In this document: positions 11,973-24,631 of the stretch, piece by piece
How the letters are laid out: each line of letters starts with the position of its first letter
Position numbering within the stretch: the stretch's first letter is position 1
Assembly (NCBI GenBank): GCA_910592345.1
Contig: CAJVPI010000378.1
Coordinates: 1 to 32,303, forward strand
DNA: 32,303 bases
Direction of reading: 5' to 3'
Source: Paraglomus brasilianum
Taxonomy: Eukaryota
Program-made: the position numbers and the translations under genes
Notes under the pieces: model-generated
Databases searched by the model: none
What the model saw: the letters and a program-made list of their open reading frames with translations, nothing else
What the model was told of the DNA's origin: nothing

Positions 11973-14129
11973 ATGAATCAGAAATCTCGAGACCAGGCTA
12001 GCTTACAAATACGCATAGACTTTGTTGACAAGGACACAGCTATAGCACAACAATGTCAAGAGTTTCTGAAACAATGCATAAACTTTATATCGACGAACAT
12101 TTCAATCAAACAACGAGTCACATTAGTATTCACATTCATACTCTTATATTTTATACTGTTCGGTGGCTCGGGAGTTGATGTACAGGACGGGCAGCCGTTT
12201 TTGGCTTCACCTGAGGAAGTGGATCCTTTGGCCAACGTGTTTCCAACTGAAGGAGATGGAATGGCCACGGCTATTTTATTGAATTGGTCAAGATTAGAAA
12301 ACTTGAAAATTATTGTAAAGCATTTGTGTCGTTATAGTATGTTTAAGGAGATCATTATTTGGAATAATAATGTTCAGGTGCATTTGACCGATCAGGTACG
12401 TGAGAATAGTGTGCTGAAAAGGTGAGGAAATACGGAAAACCGAGAGAAGGAAAAAGAAAACCACATCATACTCGTTACAACTATAGACTCCAACTCTTTC
12501 TTTTTCTTTGTCTTTTCTCAAGATTTTCGCCGAAGTCCAATGTCCCAAAATCCGCATCTACAACTCGCCTGGTAACATGCACTTTATCGCTCGTTACATA
12601 GCATGCACAATGGCTACCACGGAGTATTGCTACTTCCAAGATGACGATTGGATAATAAACCACATGCGAGCGTTTTATGCAAACTTTTTGAGGTTTCCGC
12701 ATTTAGTGCATACAGATACAAATGCAGATGTTTATTCTTTAACCAACTGGAAGTGGTGCTTTTTTGATGACCGTAAGCAATCGCGGGAGGTCGGGGATGA
12801 GAGAGCGGGAGAGGGAGCGAAGGGAAAGAAGGGAAAGGAGGGCGTATTTGTTGAGGAATGTAGTTAGGAATAGTGAAACGGTTGGCTGATTGGATTCGAA
12901 TTTCATACTGGTCGCCTCTTAACTATAACCTTGTTAACTGTCAATCTCTCTAACTTAGCCCGTTTCCTATAATATTTATCCCATTTCATAAAACCAGCCG
13001 TGAATCTCCATGTCTGTTTCTCCTGGGTTGGCACAGGCGCCTTTGCATCTCGCGAAAACGTTATCCGCTTTCTTAAAATGGCTGCAGTTACCGAAATGGA
13101 TCCAACAGAATTCGCATATGGCGACATGTATTTTACAACATACATGAACCAAGTTCCCTATCAATTAGAGAATGAACTCACCGAACTTCCTCAGGAATTT
13201 GCTTTTTCTGCCGGTGAAGGACGTATCCGGAATAAAATATATATGCACAGGGCCCTGATTAGACTATATGATCATTTGGGGAAAAACACGACGCCATTCG
13301 AGAAGCTCGAGCACTATCCAAAGATTTATCAGAGAGATGCTAGATCGCCATGTTCTAATGATAGATGTTTGTTTCTGACGAACAAGCATTCGTTTCCTGA
13401 TGTTAAGCTGTTTAGGTATAAGCCATATATCAACATAAGTGAGAGTGAGCAGATACATGAGAGTTATTACAAGACACAGCACTTTATAGAGTTTCCGTAT
13501 TCGCATGCCGTTGATGGAAAGGATTGGACCGCATGGAAGTCTAAAGAAAGTGAGGTTTAAATGATTGAGCGATTTGGGTAGAATTATATGGATATAGAGC
13601 GTTTTCAGATCGGTTGATAGTATTAGGATTATAACGGTTTGGATGATAGAGTCAAGTACTTACTGTCTTTGTCTTTTTGTAGATATTCATGCGAACGATT
13701 ATATAGGCCTAGATCTTCTACTTCAGATGCATGTCCCTCTTACATTTCATCTTGTAGTAGATCATAAGAACGAGTATTTCGGTACCCAGTCGGTTGAGAT
13801 TTCAAATGATGGTCTTAATTGGGTAAGTAGGCATATTGTCAGTATGTAATAATATAGTCTCCTATTAGCACAATAGGAAATCATCACCGTTTGCTCTAAT
13901 TCTCTGATTTTTACTCTAGGTCAAACAATCGTCAGTCCCAATTGATATACATAAAGTATCACGAACATCCGATGGCAAAAAAACGCCTGTAATCTCTGCT
14001 ACATTCCATATACAGAACACCGGGTTTAGATTTGTTAGGGTATTAAGCAATCGTAACTTTGACTTTGGTTATGGAGTTTATGATTTCTCGTTTCATGCAG
14101 ACATGAAGAGCATACAAAAGAAACCATAG
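11973..14129 (+). CDS. Type II membrane glycosyltransferase-like protein (GT-A fold) with C-terminal discoidin/F5-8 type C-like domain; exons 11973-12395, 12523-12772, 12998-13549, 13683-13822, 13920-14129
   Basis: Single N-terminal TM (VTLVFTFILLYFILFGG); TAILLNWSR...EIIIWNN; ARYIAC...YCYFQDDD (DxD-type); GTGAF. The C-terminus has AVDG..WTAWKS, VEISNDGLNW and FRFVRV, typical of discoidin-type beta-sandwiches. All four introns are GT-AG and frame-preserving. Confidence 0.8.
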
Positions 14130-14612
14130 ACGGTGTATAATATAGACCAAACTATCGGGTAAAAATATACAAACGGAAAAGGAAGTAATAGGCAATGTTG
14201 GGTATGGGACGAGGAAGAAGAAAAAAAAAAAGGAACATTAATCGACGATCGTAAAAGAGATAATGTCGAATCTTTTATTTGAAGCTATTTAATGTAATTT
14301 ATTTTAATATGTACTGCCGGTATGGATTGCATACGCACAAAAACACGTAGCTCTCCTCAGTGTGAAATGAAGTTTGAGGCAGGTATCTGAAATCATATCT
14401 GCATTGCAGACTTTTCTATTCTCTGTTCGATAGTTCATCCATCAGAGTAAAATTGGCAGTTTCAATGTCCAAAAGCTTTAAGTCATCAACTCCTATCCAA
14501 CAAAAACAGAAATTAAGAAATGTCCTTTATTTTACCAACTTGATCTGGCCACACACACCTTGTCTATATGGCAACACATCTGTAGCCTCACACCAATTTT
14601 CTTTACTTGTTT

Positions 14613-17322
14613 TTACCTATACCCTTCGTCTCCCCCTCCATAGCTCCCATGCCTCATCCTCCGTGGCCTCCTCTCCATCCTGTCTCTATCTCCTCGATCT
14701 CTGTCTCTATCTCTATCACCCCTATCACCCCTATCTCTGTCTCTATCTCTATCACCTCTATCACCCCTATCTCTGTCTCTGTCTCTGTCTCTGTCTCTAT
14801 CCCTGTCTCTGTCTCTGTCCCTATCTCCTCTATCTCTGTCTCTATCCCTATCAACCCTATCAACCCTATCAACCCTGTCAACCCTGTCAACCCTATCAAC
14901 CCTGTCACCTCTATCAACCCTGTCACCTCTATCTCTCCCTTCTCTCCTATCTCTGTCGCCTCTTTCTCCTCTCTCTTCTCGCCTATCTCTATCCGCTCTA
15001 TCCAGTCTATCACGGTCCCTTTCACGAGATCTCTCCCGTTTTTTAGTTCGATGTTCACGATTTCGATAACGTGAATTCTCAATATCGACGTTTGCATTAG
15101 GTGATGGAGGAACATTGTCATAGTGATGGTTGTTGTGGTGATGTTCGGCTTGGGACATTTTTAACTTTCGACGGTCATATTCATGGGATGATTCATATTT
15201 CGGAAGCCTAACGAAAAAAAGATCGGCACAATTAACATAATGTCGGTGAATGTTTTTTTGGATTAACGAAGTCTAGTGTTAGAGTTATTACAGATCGAGT
15301 GCCATAATGAATTAACACTTACTCTCTGGGACTTGCGGGCTTTGGATAAGTCCAGAAATAACTATGCTCTAATGCATTAAATGCTGTTAATCGCTTCTTA
15401 GGATCGAGCACCAATAATTTGTCTAGCAGATCTGCTGCTTGCTTCCCATATCTAACAATAAGCAAAGTTAATAAATGCAAAGAACTATTTAACTCGACAT
15501 GTGCGCACGTTCCTAGTGACATATTTGTCTTGAAAATTCGTTAGACTTTAGTATCATTCGCGTGCGCTCAACTAACCTCTCGTACTCGTCTTTAACTCTT
15601 CTTATGTGCGCTTTTCCAAATTGTACGTCTTTGCATCCGGGCAAATCTTTCCAACCAGGCATACTTTCTTCTGTTGGACCTCCGCACAAATCAAATATTA
15701 AATCTAACTGATCCATATCGGATCTTCCCATTAAAATGGGTCCGCCTTTGAGCATTTCTGCAAACACACATCCAACAGCCCACATATCAATGGCGGTCGT
15801 GTAACGTTTCTCACCAAGAAGAAGCTCGGGTGGGCGATACCATCGAGTGACTACACAACCAGTGAGCGTTTTGTCGACCATTGGGCGTGAGAGACCGAAA
15901 TCGGCTATTTTTAATATTCCACGATTGTTGATAAGGAGGTTCGCGGCTGTGTTTCGGGCAATGAAAAAGAGTAAGCCAGAATGAGCGAGGCAAACAATGA
16001 AATGACAAGATAACTCGAGTTGACTGTACAAGCGTCTTGTAGGATCGATTACCTTTCATGTCACGATGAAGGATTTTTTGCTGATTTATTTAGAAAATAT
16101 GATTAGCATGCATTATATTTGCCTTACCAAAATAATGGAATATTTTCAATTTACCTGGTGTAAATAATTTGTACCGTCTAGCAACTGTTTTAAATAACAT
16201 TTAATCTGAGCCTCTGAAAATTTGACGGAAGGGTTTTCTAGTAATCCAGCGAGATCATGGTCCATATAAGGAAAGACCATGTATATCGAGGGTGGTTGTG
16301 TTTCTCCAGTCTCATCTGTTGCGTCTATTCGATCAAAGAATAATTAAGAATTCTGTTGACATTCTTACGCCGATGCAAATCACACAAACAGTTACTAATA
16401 ATAATCCTATATCTATATTACCCACCAAATTCAACTAGTAATCATATACATACTACTAAACTTAATAGCCATGTCCGTCAAGCTGACAACGTTTTCATGA
16501 TCCAACTGACGAAGGATTTTAATTTCTCGTATTGCAGTTATCGGAACGCCTTCTTTCTCATGGTGCATTAATATTCGCTTTAATGCTACTTGGTTACCTG
16601 ACCGCTCATGTGTCCCTCTATGCACCTCACTTCGATATGGAAGAGAGAAGGATAGTAGAATGTGAAATGCGTGTCAAAGGTAAAAAATGAGAATCTGAGG
16701 AATGTACAATCAATATGGAAGACAACGGGGTTTATTGTGAAAGTTGAGTAGATATCGATAAATAACACTTGACTGCAACTTCAATTTGGCTGTAAAACAG
16801 TAAAGCCGTCAGAAAGATGAATGTCATACCCAAATGTTCCTTCTCCTAGTTTTTCTAATATTCTATAGTCTTCTATTGGTGAACAACCAGTGAAAGTATG
16901 ATCCCTAAGAATACGAGAAATTAATACTTATTTCCCATATCCTTGTTTTATTCCACAACTTGTTTACTCGCAACAGTTTTCTCTTCTTCCAGTCGAATTT
17001 CTTTGACTTACGGATAATCGGCAAATTTGTCAGAGGCTAGTCCACCATGATGATATGCTTCAGCCGAATTCGGAACGTACGGGCTTGTATCTCCCCCAGC
17101 TCTCGTACGTAATTTATCTCCATCCGATGTGGGTGCATACGCGGGAGACGAATTATCTCCAACAGTCAATGGCATTAGAGTATCCAACACATTGTCTCCC
17201 CCAAACGCGGCTGACTCTCCTGCTCGTGCTTTGCCGCTGTCGCCTCCTCGATCATCAGTAAATGAACTCGTAGATCCGCTATGAAAGGAACGAGGAGACT
17301 TTGTTTTCTTGTCTGTTGACAT
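14613..17322 (-). CDS. BUR1: Transcription elongation CDK, Bur1/Sgv1/Cdk9 family; exons 17322-17012, 16904-16830, 16629-16454, 16324-16155, 16080-16053, 15946-15577, 15451-15323, 15207-14613
   Basis: [85 protein letters not shown] and the fungal Bur1-type [14 protein letters not shown]; seven GT-AG introns in consistent phase. Confidence 0.9.
14665..15035 (-). repeat. Coding low-complexity repeat (DR, DRV and DRG units) in the BUR1 C-terminus
   Basis: 6-bp (GACAGA/GATAGA) and 9-bp (GATAGGGTT/GACAGGGTT/GATAGAGGT) tandem units on the minus strand. Confidence 0.95.
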
Positions 17323-18221
17323 GGATCTGAATATCAATATAAAGTAGGTACTCGCTCAGACTTTCCTGAAAGGAATAGGTAGAATTTGAGGATCTAGTGA
17401 GTATGAGTGCAGATAGGAAAGAATTTTTGTGGTGAAAATGTAGAACATGAATGAATTCAGAAGGGAAATTTTTGATGATGGCAGTTTATATAATTGTGGT
17501 ACAAATGTGTTAATTGCAAAAGTTTTAACAAGTCAAAGCTAGCAAATAATTCACGAGACACAGGCAGTCCAAAGAGCGATTAGCATTATCTGGGACAAGC
17601 TCACTCAATTTGTCTAATACTAACGCTTTTATTACAAATTAATTCACTTTCTCGTCCAGAACATACTAATCAATCCAGTTACACGCCTCCGATCATCAAC
17701 AAATACGGTTTCAAGCAGATAGGTGAGAAGGTTTACTACACCGAGGATTGCGGTCGTTTATTTCATCCATCAAGCATTCTTTACGGGAAACATAACGTCA
17801 GCATATTCAGCCTCAAGCCGGGAAATGCGGTTCCAGTAAGTCACCTATTTTATGAGATTTAATTCGTGACAATGAGCGTGTTCAACTCGGCGCGCTTAAA
17901 CACAGTGTACGTTGCATAACGCTGTACTACGAAAAGCTTAGGGCTGATATGCTGGATAAAGATTGATACTGTAATATTGAAGTTTCGACATTTACCCTCT
18001 CCAAACCACTCCCCCTCCTCATCTTGCGATTCATAAGCAATCCGTTCATCCGCTGAATAAAGACTACAATAGAATTTGCTTCTCTTGGAACAAACTAGAT
18101 TATCGCATGTCTTGTTGCTCGAATGAGTTATCGACAATTAACAGTATTGATAAATCGCAGTGATAAACCCGACAAGCGCACTATAACATTATTAGATTTA
18201 CTTTATTTCTCATATATAAAA

Positions 18222-19282
<1,061 letters not shown>

Positions 19283-20647
19283 GGTGAACTGATGGAGAGT
19301 GGAGAGACGGATGGAGGAAAAGGCGATAAAAATATCTGACCCAAATCGGAATTTGACTCTTGGCCGACGCAGTTCGGAATGAGCCCATTTTATTCGATAG
19401 TAACACACAAACAATAATAGACAATGTGCCTGCGTTTAGCGTAGAGTATTATTTCTTATTTGGGCAACCAACATACATTTATTAGTATTAGCACGAAGAC
19501 CTTACACCAATTTAGGTTATTGATATACCGAATTAGTATACGACTTATCTATAATATACTTGTAAAATGAGTAGTGTCATTACAAGGAATTGCGCTCCTG
19601 TATGAGCATTCGGGCTCAATCACTGAATTTTTACTGTTGAGGAAGTGGAAATTTTTACACATCACATACTGTCAACATGTCAACAGAATACTAATTCTAG
19701 TATTGCTAGCTAAGTGGGTATTAGAACTGTGTGTCATGTGTTTACGTGGATTGCGTAGAATTCTTCCACTCATGCCTATAATAGTCAATTGGTCATACTA
19801 CTGCTAAGTGAGCATATTCTGGAAATTCATCCATTGATGCTGAAAACAACGGCATTCTCATAAATCTTTCATGCAAGATCTGTAAGCAGATGCAACCTGA
19901 GAGAGCACAAGTTTACACTTATCAGACACAATAGGTTAACAAATCGCACATTAGAATTAATAATGTAGTTCCCAACAATGAGTATGTTCGTATTATTGCG
20001 TTGGGTTTATTTCAGACATGTCAGCATTTCCAATTGTTAGAAAGTTGACCGTTAAAAAAAAAAGGCGTAATTTAATGGCTTTGAAAATGAGTAGCTCATG
20101 AAACAATTTTTCTTGTTGCAGAATAAAGGATATTAGCTACTCCTTCAAAGACATAAGTGGGAGCGACCCAATTGGAAAAAAAAAAAAGTGTTCGTTCATA
20201 TGATGATGCTCATAAACTCCCAAGAGTTCGATAATCAGTACGATGGGCGTCTGTCGTAACATTACCAATGACGCTAATCAACAAGAAAGTGTGTGAAAAC
20301 AATGTAAAAACATGGGAGAAATCGTTATAAGCACTAACCAACAATGAAAATGGTAAATTGTTCTTTCCGTTTCCAAGTTTTTGTGCTATTGTGTGTTTAA
20401 GGTTTCCACATCATGCTCGATGGCAAAAAAACGAAACAAGCGCATGCAATGGGGAAAAGCTTTTCCTTTTCCTTTTCCTTTCGTACTATTGTTCCATTAT
20501 CTTATTCTCGAAAAAACAATTGCTCTTTAGTATGTCACACAAATGTCACTCTTGGAGATGATATCAATGATTGGTTATGCACAGAGAATAATATTAACGA
20601 TAATAAAGTCCACATGGGAAGACATATTTTTTACTCACGTATATTGC

Positions 20648-20648
<1 letters not shown>

Positions 20649-20699
<51 letters not shown>
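20649..20699 (+). repeat. (TTA/ATT)n microsatellite, about 17 units
   Basis: Directly visible; it produces the poly-Ile in the spurious ORF 20413-20718. Confidence 0.95.
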
Positions 20700-20701
<2 letters not shown>

Positions 20702-20932
20702 TCATAGTCACCGCATAAAAAGTCTTAATCTACTAATTATAATACTAACCGTTTTATAATATACCGTCCACTGTGGTCATTTCAAGTAATGATTATCCCC
20801 CGATCCTTATTCTGTCGCTTTTGTCCGGGCTGCTGTATGGATTATAAAATCAACTTCCTCCTCTCATTTTTTCTTAAATTCCCATCACCATCCCTCCAGA
20901 TCCCACCCTAAAAAAAACATACGCCATTGATT

Positions 20933-21471
20933 ATGTTTGACCTATCATCAAACTACTCCCTATACACTCTCCCTGTAGCTGTTGTTCTTGCCTATGCACC
21001 TCACTTTTTCAAAGGATCAATTGTGGTCGGACAGACGGGCAAATGGAATAACATTTCTCCTCGTAGCAATGTCGACAAGGCTGAAAAGCAGATGACTCAG
21101 GCTGCTTATAGAAAAGCTAAGAGATGCGAAGCCGCACACCAGAACGGGATGGAATCATTCTCAGTCTTTGCTTGTGCAGTTGTAAGTTTTGGATATAGTA
21201 GAATAAAGTGGGAAGCGGAAAAACTATGAGCAAACCCCTAATGTTTTTTTCTCTCCTGGCCTTGTTCTAGATTGCGGCCAATTACGCCAACGTATCCAAT
21301 GTCACACTCAACATTGCTTCGTGGTCGTACGTCGTTTGTCGTGTGTTGTATAATTATGTATACATCAGCGGAGAGAGTCAAGCAGTGGGGAATATTCGGT
21401 CTTTAGTATGGGCCATTAGTTTATTGATTGCGTCATTTTTATATGTGCTTGCTGCTCGATCAGTTGCTTAG
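20933..21471 (+). CDS. MAPEG-family membrane protein (~149 aa); exons 20933-21181, 21271-21471
   Basis: NYSLYTLPVAVVLAYAPH, WNNISPR, RCEAAHQNGMESF, YVVCRVLYNYVYI, RSLVW; canonical GTAAGT...CTAG intron. Confidence 0.88.
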
Positions 21472-22329
21472 TAGGCAATAAGCATGTGATCAAGGAATGT
21501 ATTATGTACACTTTGCGGTATATTGCCGCCATCCCTGTAATCTCTCACGTAATAATAATAATAAATTTGGGAAAATAAAATTAAACACTGAAATTCTGAG
21601 TAATCCACAAGAAACTTCCCACTCGTCAACGCCAAGCTTACTCACACTCACATTACATATTAACGGCAGTTTGTCATCATCGAATGCTCACGCACCATGA
21701 GCGGCCCCCCACACACCCATGAGAAGAACACGGCATACCAAATGGAACCCAGACCATCGTAGATAACCCACGATCAAATCAGTATTTACATCTTTGTCCT
21801 TTAGAGGCGCGAGAAGATGACACGCCTTTGCCATGGTTCGCAATGCTAGACTGGAAAAGTAATAATGAGACTGACAATACTTTTTCACATGCATCGTTCT
21901 CGTGAATTATTTTCCTTGTACTGATGACAAATGAATTTGCTCGCAATAAATTAGTTTCATCAAAGACTTGTATTTCATACGAAGCAATTCGTTCTAGTCT
22001 TAAATGTATTAATACCGATTCTAATGCCACGCGCTGAGAGATTTTTTTGATACAGATTTTACTTGAATCTTTCTAAACCAACTACAGCTAACAAGCGTTC
22101 CAATTGTTTGAAAACGAAGGAAGTATACCCACGAACGGTCGCATGAGAACTCTCAATTGAAAGACCAGGATCTCAAAGTCCTCTACTCGAATTCATGATA
22201 AAAAGCGATGCCACTGCAGCGTCCACCCACTCTCTTTGCGGTTGCACAAGTCCTAGGCAATCAGAACGAACATTCTTTCTATTACGACCAAGACTCATCT
22301 GTTATCACTTACCTCTCTAATCCACCGCA

Positions 22330-24282
22330 ATGAAATTGTCTAAAGAACGATGTACCCTTTTGATAACTGGTGTCGACTCCTACATTCCAAATTGTATCGC
22401 TTCATGTCTTCTCGATTGCCTCAAAGGCTCATCGTCCAAGGTTAAATTTGTCGTCACGGCCCAAGATCCTGACAATGAACTCGTTCGGAAATTGAAGAAA
22501 AAAGGAGCCGAAATTCGCGAAATTTGCTACGATGATCGTCAAAGTGTCGAAGATGCGGTCCGAGGCGTTAATGTTATGGTTTTCTTTCCCGAGCACGACG
22601 AAGATCGCGTCAGACAGGCGAGGGAAATGGCTAATGTATGTATTATATATCGTTAGGAAAATCAAAAAATTTCGGATCATAATTTGAAGATTGGTCCTTA
22701 ATTTTAATGTTCACGTTTTCAAATATAGGCTGCCAACAATGAAGAAGACCTATGTGGAGTTCTCGTTAACACCATTCAGGGTGCAGGAGATGGGAAACAA
22801 AGGCTGTTTAAGGATTATTGCGAGATTGAAAAAATTTGGAAAAAAGAAACAAAGTCGTCAGATACTTGCCTATGTGTGTTGAGGTAACATATATAACCTT
22901 ATTAGATTCCTTTTTGTGTTTTCATTTCCGATTTAGCTTGACCTTTTAATTCTTATTTTTATTTTTTCAATCGTAAATAGGCCCGGTTTCATCCAGGAAG
23001 CGGTTGGTGGCATCTCCATTCTTCTATGTAATCCCACTTATAGCTCTCTCGTATTATCTCACAATTCTTTCTTAGATGGAACTTTGGTCTCCACATGTCG
23101 AAGATAGCGGTACATTCAACATGACCCCATCGCCGCACAGACGTTTTGCTCCATTATCATTGAATGATTACGCATGTGTAGTTTACGAAATTCTTGCAAA
23201 GGCTCACGATAAAGCAGTCATCCAAATCGATCGAAAGCACCACCACAAGTGCTATACACTTACTGGTCCCAAGTCAATCAGCTTCCATAAAATGATCGAA
23301 ATAGTTAACGAGGTGATTGGTGACCAAGGCAGTGTTGAGTACGAGCAAGTCAGTGAAGAAGAGCTTGAAGAATATCTCACAAACCTCTCGTATGATGGGC
23401 ATAAACGTGATGATGGTTCAGTTTGGTATGGATTGAACGAGTCTAGCCGGGCTGTCACGAAATTGATCAATGAGCCTCAGGGAAAAGTGGATAAGCGCGT
23501 CAGGAAGTTCATTGAAGGTCTTGACAAGGCTGAAGACGCCGTTCAGAGCCTTAATAGACGCAACAGAGGTCGTCAATCTAATGGTGAATACCGCTACAAC
23601 ACTCGTCGACAGCAGAAGGGTTTGCAAGCGCGTAGAATTGACGACATTATCGACATGCTAGATCGATTGAGGAACTCTGGTATTGAGGATGCGGATATGT
23701 TGAATACCAACGAGAGAATTAGGCTTGCGAATGATTTGAGGAGAGAACTTAACCGAATTGCAGAAAAACTTCGGGGTTCTGGACTCGAGGGTGAAGGGAG
23801 ACATGAACATAAATTCCCACGTATACCACTTCCTCTTCGTCCCATTGAAGTGAATTGCGTGTAAGTACTCGTTTTTATTTTCTATCCAGTGACATAAATA
23901 TTATTGTCTACTTATTTTATAACTCACTCCTTTGCTGATCAACATAGACTCGATATCCTCTGCTATATCGAAGAAGGCTGTGCTGATAAGACTACTGGTG
24001 ATGTGGAGAAGATTACTCACAGAGAACCACAAAGTATTAAAATCTGGTTCGAGGTAATTTTCATTACGTCTCTTGTCGTCACTTTTCTACTTTTACGCAA
24101 CTCAAATCTCACCTTTGCTCAATTTAAACCTTTAGGATAACTCGCAAGATTTCGTCCCCAGAAATTGTGAATTCTGTACCCACTCTAGAAACTGCAGATG
24201 TGATTGCTGTTCGAATAACAACTACAACCGTAGGCGTAATTCCGACAACTACAAACGTAGAACTTTCCGTAGCAGAATCTAA
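22330..24282 (+). CDS. NmrA-like / atypical SDR NAD(P)-binding Rossmann-fold protein; exons 22330-22635, 22729-22883, 22981-23002, 23076-23860, 23948-24053, 24136-24282
   Basis: LLITGVDSYI, LKKKGAEIREICYDD..SVEDAVRGV, VLRPGFIQE, FAPLSLND, YTLTGPKSIS, TTGDVEKITHREPQSIKIWFE. The model needs a 22-nt micro-exon with a weak GTTGGT donor. Confidence 0.8.
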
Positions 24283-24461
24283 GGAATATGTAATGAGGGA
24301 AATTACAAAGAGCTTGGGGAAATATTTCTTTCATGTAGTTAGTTAGTTTACTTGGTTTCTTTACTGTTAATACCAAAAAAAAAAAAAAAAGTAAATCTTG
24401 AACGGCGGTTGGGATATATATCCAATATAATAAATATAGTATTAACTTTTTGACTCTGTAA

Positions 24462-24507
24462 GTGTATGTATATATATATGTATGTATGTTATGTTATGTA
24501 TGTATGC
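24462..24507 (+). repeat. Imperfect (TATG)n microsatellite
   Basis: gtgtatgtatatatatatgtatgtatgttatgttatgtatgtatg, between two convergent 3' ends. Confidence 0.7.
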
Positions 24508-24631
24508 TATTTGTGGTAAAATTAATTTTATTTTTGTTGGAAATTTGTTCTTATAACTCCCCAAACGGGTCGCAATTAATTAAGATAATACAAAACTATA
24601 AAAAAAACCCCCGCCAAACTCTTCTATCAAT

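Noticed and set aside
14453..15121. ORFs rich in LCLY, SISV/INP or IETE repeats
   Set aside because: They are shadows of the BUR1 Arg-Asp repeat; only the DR frame is continuous with the kinase.
20358..20718. ORFs with poly-Ile or Phe-rich content
   Set aside because: They come from the ATT microsatellite and low-complexity intergenic DNA.
21688..22080. Short ORFs and possible plus-strand mini-exons between the MAPEG and NmrA-like genes
   Set aside because: Candidate splice phases run into stops and no motif is recognisable.
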